The notes under the pieces were generated by a model. The model searched no databases and was not told the DNA's origin. It was given only the letters and a program-made list of their open reading frames with translations. Position numbers and translations under genes: made by a program. A DNA stretch of 42,503 bases from Zancudomyces culisetae HAW-14-8 (taxonomy: Eukaryota > Fungi > Kickxellomycota), in assembly GCA_052426225.1 (NCBI GenBank), contig JBNJNM010000025.1, positions 1-42,503 of the forward strand, written 5' to 3'. Positions 26,218 to 36,090 of this stretch are shown here, one piece after another (the first letter of the stretch is position 1; each line of letters begins with the position of its first letter).

Positions 26218-28170
26218 TTATTCGTGGATGGTCAAGATTTCATTCGTAATAACTACTGGCCATCCATTCTGGAATGCTATACTATTTGGATGTGATTTCT
26301 GCAGAATAAACGTACGGTCAAACGTAGCCATGTTCTTCCCCTGACCCTCGTTTGCAACAACACTAAGCCCAAGACTGTTGGTATTCGGCAGCTCAAACTG
26401 GCCATGAATCACTATCATAATGCGGTTGTTGTTGCAAACCATCCACGAGTCACATGAACTGGTATTGTTAATGTTGTTGATTCCCCCATTCACACATGCA
26501 GTAACTGCCGGAAGCGAGTAAATCTTGGCTGCTATTTTCTGACTGCCAACAATCTTCTCACGTGATATTGTCACCCGATTGTTGTTGACTGTTTTGATCG
26601 ATGAAAAGACTGCATCATCCGCATAAACCGTCGCCAGCTGTTGCTTTCTACCCTCATCCACACCGACAGGCTGCAGGCCCTCAAACAGTAGATAATATCC
26701 GCTGATAAACCCCTGTACAATATCCTTGGTCTCCTGCGTGCCGTCGCTAAACCAACTGTTTTCGGCCTTTGGCGGTACCAGCTGATATATCGGTTTGTAG
26801 CTAACCACTCGCGATACATGTTTTAATTGTCGCTCGATCAAGCTGGTATTTCGAATCTTGTTTGTACCAGAATTTATCACTAGTTGTTGTCTCAGTTTAT
26901 CCACTGCTTCGGCTCGAACCTGTTGTGGAATTTCCACCCCATCCACTAACTCTACTGTTGGAAAACGTAGAACCAACTGCTCCACTACAGAATACACATT
27001 GCTTTTATCTGGACTGTACAACATTGTTCCTTGTAAAACCAATTCTCGAAGATCTAAAAGTAACCCATGACCACCTCCCCCTCCACTCCCATTTCCACTT
27101 CCAGTTTTTTGTGGAAATAGTGGTACTACTGCTGCTGATAATCCTGATACTATACTAAACCGATCAAATTCCTCTACTCTCTCTATAGGATTATTGCTCA
27201 ATGATAGGTTTTTCAGCTTTGGAAAATACGTTCCAAGTCCCTCAATATATCCCAAATCTCTAATTCCATTGTTCGATAAATCAATACTAGCTATTTCACT
27301 ATACTTCTTGCTAGCCATTGCAAACATTGCCTTGAGCACTTTACCTTGTTTGATTTCAATTATACTGCCTCCCGTATTCGCCATCATCATTAAATTTTGC
27401 TGTTGTAGTTGTTGTTGTTGTTGTTGTAGCATCGTTCCGTTTTCCATTCCTTCTAATTGTAGTACTTGTCCCTTGAGTCCAAGTTCTGCATCAAGTCCAC
27501 TCAAATTCAACATAGTATGATCTGGGCTGATTCTTTGATCTATAAATCGCCCCAAAATTCCCCGAATACTCTGGTCCTCGCCCGCCCCTGTTATATCGTT
27601 GCCGTCCTTATCTATTATCTTGATCCCAATTCTCTTGCCCATATACTCTGTCCCATTCAACCGCGCTACCCGCTCGGCCATCTCGCGCGTCTTTACCACC
27701 GCCACAACTGCCTCCTCACTAGCTCCATTAGCATTTGGTGGTTTGTATCGCTTTATATTTTCTATAACCACTTTTCCCTGCGTCCTTCCAACCCGCGTCT
27801 CTATAAACCGTCTAACATACCCTTCCATTTTCTTCTCAAACCCCTCTAGTAACACCATTACTCCTCCCCTTCCGCCGCCCAGCCGCCTGCCGTCGGCATT
27901 TCCTCCTCCCACATTCTTATTCCTGATGTTTTTGCTCATTAAACTTTTCTTCAGTGCTGCTTTTTTACCAACTCCTCCTCCCCCTCCCCCACCACCAACA
28001 CCACCACTACCACCAACAATATTGAGTGCTCCTTTTCCTAGTATACTATCTACTCGTTTCTTGTTACCGTGACCAGTTGCTCCACCACCCCCGCCTCCGC
28101 CTCCACCACCTCCTCCCCCGAACACTTTACCTTTGCCTCGTGTACTATTTTTTCCCTTTCTTCTATTCAT
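26218..28170 (-). CDS. MEX67: mRNA export factor Mex67/NXF1-like (Gly/Lys-rich N-terminus, RRM-like, LRR, NTF2-like; no C-terminal UBA), 650 aa
   Basis: First ATG at 28170. RRM-like ARLNGTEYMGKRIGI, LNLSGL, LRR SIDLSNNGIRDL..FPKLKNLSLSNNPI..LRELVLQG..RFPTVELVDG, NTF2-like FISGYYLLFE..YADDAVFS..IHGQF..FDRTFIL..ITNEILTI. Confidence 0.85.
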   Translation of the reverse strand: MNRRKGKNSTRGKGKVFGGGGGGGGGGGGGATGHGNKKRVDSILGKGALNIVGGSGGVGGGGGGGGVGKKAALKKSLMSKNIRNKNVGGGNADGRRLGGGRGGVMVLLEGFEKKMEGYVRRFIETRVGRTQGKVVIENIKRYKPPNANGASEEAVVAVVKTREMAERVARLNGTEYMGKRIGIKIIDKDGNDITGAGEDQSIRGILGRFIDQRISPDHTMLNLSGLDAELGLKGQVLQLEGMENGTMLQQQQQQLQQQNLMMMANTGGSIIEIKQGKVLKAMFAMASKKYSEIASIDLSNNGIRDLGYIEGLGTYFPKLKNLSLSNNPIERVEEFDRFSIVSGLSAAVVPLFPQKTGSGNGSGGGGGHGLLLDLRELVLQGTMLYSPDKSNVYSVVEQLVLRFPTVELVDGVEIPQQVRAEAVDKLRQQLVINSGTNKIRNTSLIERQLKHVSRVVSYKPIYQLVPPKAENSWFSDGTQETKDIVQGFISGYYLLFEGLQPVGVDEGRKQQLATVYADDAVFSSIKTVNNNRVTISREKIVGSQKIAAKIYSLPAVTACVNGGINNINNTSSCDSWMVCNNNRIMIVIHGQFELPNTNSLGLSVVANEGQGKNMATFDRTFILQKSHPNSIAFQNGWPVVITNEILTIHE

Positions 28171-29001
28171 TTTCGTGCGAACTTTGATTTTTTGTAGATT
28201 GTTTGAAAACCAGCTCAAATCAAAATTTCCAATAAAAGTATCTTCTCTCTTTTTTCGCACTTTTACTTTTACTTTTACTTTTACTTTTATCTGGTTTTCT
28301 ATCGCACTGTTTAAATGATTGAAATGTTGACTTTATGCCTTGGAATTGCTAAAGTGCTTATTTCTACAGTCCAAATCGCAAAACATTAAATATTTAAAAT
28401 AAATATATTAAAAAAATTTTATTAATTTGATTTTCAGTTTTTTTTTCTCTTTTCCTAGTCTTTAAAAATAAAAATTAAAAAATTAAAAAAATTAACTAAT
28501 AATACAGAGTCTAAATCATCTATCATAAAAAAAAAAATTTTATATTACTAGTTATTCTGTACTGTTCTATCAATATTATACCATCTAGTTGTGTTGTAAA
28601 AAGAATCTGGATTAAACCTTTTCTCCACGTTTAACCGCATATTTTATTTTCAATTTTGTATTTAAAAATATATATATTTAAAGTTGATGCACAAATAGTA
28701 CAGTTACTAAATATTCATGGGTTCAAAGCAACAGTTCAGTCAAAATATATATCAAAAAAAAAACAAATCACATGTTTAAACTCCATACTTTTTTTATACG
28801 TTCTAATTTCCTTCTCACTAAAACCTGTTAATATATAGTTGTATCAATCAACAATCCAAAGAAAAAAATATATAATATAACGAAATAAAAACATCCTTCA
28901 ACAAAAAAGAAAAAAGTGCTAATTGGATGTAATTTAGTCTTGATGTTTGCTATTGCTCATATATGTGCGCCTACGATGCTGCCGCTGCTAGTGGAATATC
29001 C

Positions 29002-30406
29002 TTATGATTTGGACAAACCCTCAGCAGCCTCGTTTGCAGCCTCTTTTGTAGCATCATCTTTCCTCTTTTGTTCAAGCTCTGAAGTTGTCTTATCCTCCAA
29101 ATTTCTCAGTTCCTCCATTGTCATTCCGTACCACTCATCAGTTTCGGAATACAATCTACGGTGGAACTGCACCATCAGCGCCCGCATCATTTTGTGTATC
29201 ATTGTTTCAACAGCACCCTGCAGTCCAAACCATATAAACTCCGCAGTTACCAACTTGTAGCATGTCATTACAGGCTCACATGTCTTTCTCCATTCGGAAC
29301 CGGTTAGTGGGCCTCTTCCTGTCTTTTCTGATTTGTACAGCTTTGGATCTTCTTCTTTTACGTAGGGATTGTTGTCCAGGCCGGAATCGAGTGTAATATC
29401 GACATTATCTATTTTTCTAACTTTTAGGATCTCTGGCGCTACATTCAATGCCTACAATTTTTCGTTTTTTTATTATTAGTATACTCTCATCCACATTCCT
29501 CCTCTTTCTCCAAACCATTTTCATAAATGTGATATTCAAGATTGCTATTGATATTAATGGTAAACCTACATTTTCTGTTTCTCCTCGATCAGGCAAATGC
29601 ATGGATTCTGTAATGATCTTGAACTTTTTACCCATGAATGGATTCTATTACAACATGTTAGAATATAGTGGATGATTACAACTTTATCTATTATTTTCTC
29701 CAGTGTATATAAAAATACATATTTATACATGGTTTCATGTATACGTGCTTAATGTTCATAAATACAAAATTAATTTATATATAATGCTACAGTGTCAAGC
29801 CAAGACTTACAGTAACAACTATTTTGTTTTAGATACAATAAATTAATATCACTTTTCTTTTTAGTTTTTGCAGCTTTTTAGTTGAACAATTTAAAAAAAG
29901 AAAAGAGAAGAAAAGGCAATGAAACAAGGAGTGAAGCAGGGGAAGAGTATAATCATAATATTTACCTGTCTTGCAGTGAGGATATCCATTCCAGGATTCT
30001 TCGTGTATCTGAAGTACTGAAGCTGGTAAAACAGCTCTTACGATCATTGGTACTTTTCTATACGATAAAATTTTGTATTAATGACAAAGCTTCTAATTAT
30101 TTTTTTTCTGCCTCCTTTACTATGATTTTGAATCAATACAGATAGATTCTAAACAGTTTTCTATTTATTTTTTTCTTAGTAGAATGATAAAATGAAACGA
30201 AAGATTTACGATGCGAGGTGATAAATCTTGTAGGTGTACTGTCCAGATCCATTTTCGTTTTCGAAAGGCTCGTTTTTGACGACTTCGACACCTTCGCCAC
30301 CACCAGAGTTGGCAAGAGACATTTTGGCAACAGCATAGAGCTGGGCAATTTCGTATTCCTTGACTTCCAAGTTGTTTACGATTCTATACTCTTTTACATA
30401 AACCAT
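29002..30406 (-). CDS. Phosphatidylinositol transfer protein (START-like, class I PITP type), 273 aa; exons 30406-30210, 30057-29966, 29818-29811, 29644-29570, 29451-29002
   Basis: KEYRI, AQLYAVAKMS..GGGEGVEVVKNEPF..GQYTYKIYHLASKVP, HEESWNGYPHCKT, EDPKLYKSEKTGRGPL, MTCYKLVTAEF, FHRRLYSETDEWYGMTMEELR. The exons sum to 822 nt in frame. Confidence 0.93.
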
Positions 30407-30700
30407 AGTTGTTGTTTTTTTTTTCTTGTTGAAGGGAGTTTACGTGTAATGTATACTTTTTATAAATATATGTTTTTGTTTTTGTTTTTGTTATAGCTTT
30501 TCTTGGAGTATATAAACAATAGCAAAGAGTATATAAAGTAAAGAAGAAAAAAAGTATTTCGAGACGAATAGGACAAGAAATGTTTTTGAAATACTAGGAA
30601 TGTGTGGGTTATTTTTATTGGAAATCCTTTTGGCTTTTTTCGGTTTGTTTTGGTTGTTATGAGTGGGATTTTATATTTTGTTTTGAAACTTTTTTTTTTT

Positions 30701-30744
30701 GGCTACTTGGCTCTTTGGCTACTTGGCTACTTGGCTACTTGGCT
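30701..30744. repeat. Tandem octamer (GGCTACTT)x~5.5 with one variant unit, upstream of the PITP gene
   Basis: ggctactt ggctcttt ggctactt ggctactt ggctactt ggct, read directly. Confidence 0.85.
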
Positions 30745-33084
30745 TTTTAGTTTATGCTCTCATCCATTTCACCCAAGTAAATTTAAATTCCGTTGCCAAC
30801 AACCATGTATAATTTATTTGTTTTTGGTTTAACAAGTGTTATTAATTAGCGCAAAGTGTAATATGCATGTACAAAATACAAGTTTATGTGGATGGTAGAA
30901 AAGTGCAAGAAGATCTTTTGCTAGGAGAGCATATGGATTATTTAACAAAAGAGTAAGAAAAACATTTTTTAAAAAAAAACGTTATTGCAACTAGACATTC
31001 TATTTGTCACGTTTTTCTAACTCCTCTTTCCCCTCCACCCTCCCCCTTCCCCTTCCCCTTAAATGTGGTGTTTAATTTATCATGCTTTTTTTTGTTATTT
31101 ATATCATTTGTTAATTTCACTTTTTGTTTACATGTTTAATAACGTATACATTATCATTTGGAAAATGGTGATTGCTTGAAAGAGTATAAAGCGTTGTGTA
31201 TTATTGGATCAGCATTAAACCAAGAGTGGTAAATTATAGGCCAGGCCTTTAAAGAAATATATATAAAATAATTAATATGTAATAAGCTTTAATTGTTTCT
31301 GTAATAAATTGGAAATTATTAAAAGAACTATGAGCTCTGGACAAAGACAAATAAATATTTAATTAATAACACAGGCTAGCCAAGCCAAGCCAGGGCTATG
31401 TCAAATTAGAGTTAGTGGTGCAAGGCTAGTTAAGAAGCTGATAAAAAATATAAAGAGCTCTGGATTTATTTATTCCTTTGTTCCCCTCCCCTTAACATCG
31501 CCAATAATAAAAAAATTGGTTAAATGAAATATAGGGGTGGAAAGCCGAGGTCCCTTTCGGTGATAGAATATCATTAACGAGGGAAAAAAAAGTAAATTTG
31601 CTCTTGTTTTTGAGACCGTTTTATAATTTTTAGCAATAGTAATAGAAATAGTAATAGAAATAGATGGAGGGAGTAAGAAAATGAGAGGAGAAGGTTTTTC
31701 AGACTTGTAGCATTTTTTTTATAGATCTTAAAGTGTAGTGTAGTGTAGTGTAGTGTAGCATAATGTATAAAGAAAATTGGCATAGAACAACCATACATTG
31801 TACGTCTTTTTGCTTTTATAGCAGAGGATAACATTTATTTTTATATTTATTGAGATCCATGAAAATAGTTGTGAATCACAATCCGATAGAAAAGTAACTA
31901 CGATTGTAGGGAACAAGACTAATATATTGGATAAGAGAAGATAAGATTAGAGATGGGAGGTGAAGGTGGAGGTGGAGGCGGAGTTTTAATGAGTAAATAG
32001 AAATTGTCGTTTCATATATCACAGATACCATTAGTAAGTCTTGAAAGGTTTACATGTACTCTTGGTGGATAAGAACAACAAGCAAATGAAGGTGTATTAC
32101 TTTGTATAAACTGTCATAGCTGGTTGTTCCCTGATGGAGTTTGATGAAAAATGCTTGTGTAATATATATTTTAGGATAAAGAAATATAACCTTTATATAT
32201 CTACAAAACAAGACAAAACAAAACAAAAAATGGTATGAGTTTTAATTGACTTTATTTTTTTTTTAGTGAAATCAAGACTATAATTCTGATAATAAAAAAT
32301 AATGATGGTACTAGTGATTTGAAGAAATAGAAAAGTATGGATTGGATTGAGTTGGATATTTCAAGGAAAAGACACATATATATGTTTATGTATATGTTTA
32401 TTGTTGTATAACAGTGTAAAACAGGTTAGAAAGAGTAGAAAATAAGGATAGCAATGTAGTTTGAGATTAAAAGAAAGGCTTGAATGTTCAGATGAATCTA
32501 AAGCGGATAAATGTATTTGGTAGTGGTTGGTGGTGGAGAAGTGGTTAAGGAAGGGAAAAGAAGGAGGAGGAGGAGCAGAAGCAGGAGGAGCAGGAGCAGG
32601 AGGAGGAGCAGGAGTATGGCAAAGAAAGAATAAAAGTGAGAAGAAGGAATAGCTTCAATTGAAAAAGTATAATTGTATGAGCTGTGTGTGATTTTTAATT
32701 GTTTAATACAAGAAATAAAGGAAAAAAATAGAAAAAAATGTAGCTATAAAAACAATTTATTAAAAATAGCAAGAAAATTAGTCAGGTTAATTGAGGATAA
32801 CAAATCAAATAATAACAACATTAAATACCAAGTATTCAAAAAATAAATAAATAAAAAGTGTAGAAATGGGAGAGAAGAGAGAAAAGGAAATTGAAATTGA
32901 AAATGAAAATGAAAAAATTAATTATGTAAACGTAAATGTAAATGTAAATAAAAGATATAATAGGAACAAAGAGACAAGATTAAAGAATTGTAAAAAGCAA
33001 CTTGGACCAGGGCATATAAATAATAGTGTAAAAATACAAAGGAAAAAAAAAGAAAAAGATAAACGGAGTTTGGAACAGTAAAAG

Positions 33085-35982
33085 ATGGTAAGTTTATTAA
33101 AAACAACTTTTAATTAAAAGAGCAAATTAAAACAAGAATGTGGGTATATTAATAAATAGGGAGTTAAGCTAGACATAAAGGTAAGAAAAATAAAGTAAAA
33201 GATGAGAATGGAGAGAGAAGACTTTTTTACAAAAGAGTGAGAAATAGATGAGAAAGAAGAAAGAAGTAAAAAGTAAAAAGTAAAAAAAAGATATAACTGA
33301 AACGAAACGGAATTAAATTAAATGAAATGAAATAGAGAAAGGTACTTTCTCGTACAGAGAGAGTGAAGAGTGTAGATATGCACCCAACAGAACCATGGCT
33401 CTTGGCATCATTATATGATGGAAAAGTGTTTGTATGGAATTACGAGACACAAGTAAGTAAAGAAGGGATAAAATAAATGAAATGATATAAATAAAGTGCA
33501 ATAAAGAGTTTAAACTAAAAAAAAATGGGGATATGGTTTGTCGGGGTGGAAAAAATAGAGTCAAATAAAGACATTTGAGGTGAGCGAATTGCCAGTAAGA
33601 GCAGCCAAGTTTATAGCACGAAAGAATTGGATAGTTACAGGGGCAGATGATTTGCAGATAAGGGTATACAACTACAACACACAGGAGAAGGTGGTAGGGT
33701 TTGATGCACATCAGGACTATATTCGAGCAATAGCGGTGCATCCTACGCAGCCATATGTGTTGACAGGGTCAGATGACATGTCAATCAAGCTGTGGGACTG
33801 GGAAAAGAAGTGGCGGTGTGTGATGCAGTTTGAGGGGCACGGGTATTTTGTGATGAGTTTGGCGATAAATCCAAAGGATCCAAACACGTTTGCATCGGGT
33901 AGTTTGGACAAGACGATCAAGGTGTGGAATTTAGGGAGTTCAATGGCGAATTTCACGTTGGAAGGGCACGAGAAGGGAGTAAATGCGGTGGAATACTACC
34001 GGGGCAATGACAAGCCGTATTTGATAAGTGGGGCGGATGATTTCAGTGTGCGGGTGTGGGACTACCAAAACAACACGTGCGTACAGAAGCTGACAGGGCA
34101 TGTACAAAATGTGATTAGTGTCGGATTTCATCCAACAATGCCGATAATATATTCAGGTAGTGAGGATGGTACGCTAAAGTTGTGGAACAGCAATACGTAC
34201 CGACAAGAGACAACGCTGAGTTATGGGCTGGGGCGGATATGGGCGGTGAGTGGGAAGGGAGAGGGGAATTTGGTGGCAATTGGGGCGGATGACGGAGTTG
34301 TGGTGGTGAGTCTGGGCAACGATCAGGCGGTGGTGAGCATGGATGGGAGCGGGCGAGTGGTGTGGGCAAAGAACAATGAGATCCAGACAACAACGATTAA
34401 GCAGCATAGCAAGGATGGAGAGCGTCTGGGGCTTACGACAAAGGATTTGGGGCCATGCGAGGTGTATCCAACGACGATTCGACACTCGCCCAACGGACGG
34501 TTTGTGGCGGTATGTGGAGACGGCGAGTATATAATATATACAGCGTTGGCGTGGCGCAACAAGACGTTTGGCAATGCACTGGAGTTTGTGTGGGCACAGA
34601 ATTCGGCAAACTATGCGGTGCGAGAGTCGGCACAAACGATCAAGCTATTTGCACAGTTTAAGCAGCAGCGCGAGTTGGGATTGGGATATTCAGCAGAGGA
34701 AATGTTTGGAGGGACGTTGTTGGGAGTGCGGAGTGCAGGCGATACGTTGAATCTGTATGATTGGGACAGTGGGAGTCTGGTTAGGCGAATTGATGTGGCT
34801 GCAGTTGGCGTGTATTGGTCAGATAGCGATTTGGTGGCAGTTGCAACTAGCGATTCGTTCTATGTGCTCAAGTACAATCGGGCAGCTGTTGTTGGTGCAA
34901 ACATAACAGACGAAGGTGTTGAAGATGCTATTGAGTTTGTGGTGGAGATTCAGGAACGTATAGTGTCAGCAACGTGGATAGGAGGGTGTTTGATATATAC
35001 AAATGCAGCCAACCGCTTGAACTATCTTGTTGGCGGCCAGTGCTTTACCATTGCTCATTTTGCAAACCCTATGCAGCTGCTGGGATATATTTCCCGCAAC
35101 AATTGTGTTTATTTGGTAGATAAAGACTATGGTGTAGTTGGGTATTCGTTGCCATTGGCCATGATTGAATACCAAACTGCGATTTTGCGTCGCGATCTTG
35201 AGTCTGCTGCATCTCTGCTTCCTGATGTTCCTTCCGAAATGCGCCCACGACTGGCTCGCTTTTTGGAGGCCGAGGACCTCAAGGATCTTGCACTGTTGGT
35301 TACAACAGATCGCGAACATAAATTTGATTTGGCCATCCAGTTGCAGCATCTTGACATTGCGCGGTCGTTGGCTGAGGAGACAGGATCGGCAGCCAAGTGG
35401 AGAGCAGTTGCGGATTGTGCAATGGGAATGTATGCGTATTCCGAGGCAGAGGAGTGTTTGTACAAGGCGCGTGACTATGCCAGTTTGTTGATGTTTTATT
35501 CAGCCAATTCCAGCCAATCAGGACTGGAGAGACTATTGGCAGAATTGGAGCAAGCACAAACACAAGCCAATCAACATCCAAACATTATGATAACAGTGTT
35601 GTTGTTGCTTCATAAGACTGACCGAGTGTTAGAGTTGTTATTGGAATCACGGCGGTATGCGGAGGCAGCGTTATTTGCGCGTAGTTATGTACCAGACCAA
35701 GTAGTACGGGTTGTTGGAATATGGAAACAAGCGTATGCAGGTGATTCAGTTTCTGGTACAAACAAGGGTTTTAATGCGAAAAAGAGTGCGTTGATTAATG
35801 CGTTGGCAGCACCTACTCCAGATTATATTAATTTGTTTCCTCAATTTGCCTCTAGTCTTGAATTACAAAAACCAACAACAACAACAACAACTACTACTAC
35901 TACTGATGTTGATGTTAATGTTAATGTTGAATCAGCTCAATCATCACCACAACTTTTATCACCACAACCAATCGAGGAATAA
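33085..35982 (+). CDS. SEC27: Coatomer subunit beta' (COPI), 854 aa; coding exons 33085-33087, 33160-33180, 33336-33452, 33559-35982
   Basis: Spliced N-terminus M|GVKLDIK|[27 protein letters not shown]|[26 protein letters not shown]40 repeats, [27 protein letters not shown] and EAALFARSY. All three introns are GTAAG...ATAG. Confidence 0.96.
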
Positions 35983-36090
35983 TTACTAATATTCAATTCC
36001 ATTTTTTAAAATCACATTTTATTCATATATTCATATATTATTATTATTATTATTATTATTATTTTAATCAAATAAATATTTTAAAAAAAA

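Noticed and set aside
31545-31573. Two small adjacent hairpins (CCGAGG..TTTCGG and TGATA-GAA-TATCA) considered as ncRNA or riboswitch
   Set aside because: Too short, dependent on G-U pairs, and lacking TPP riboswitch, snoRNA or tRNA consensus motifs.
31574-33081. Short ORFs and simple repeats (GTAGT, GGAGCA) between PITP and SEC27
   Set aside because: Translations are low-complexity products of microsatellites and purine skew.
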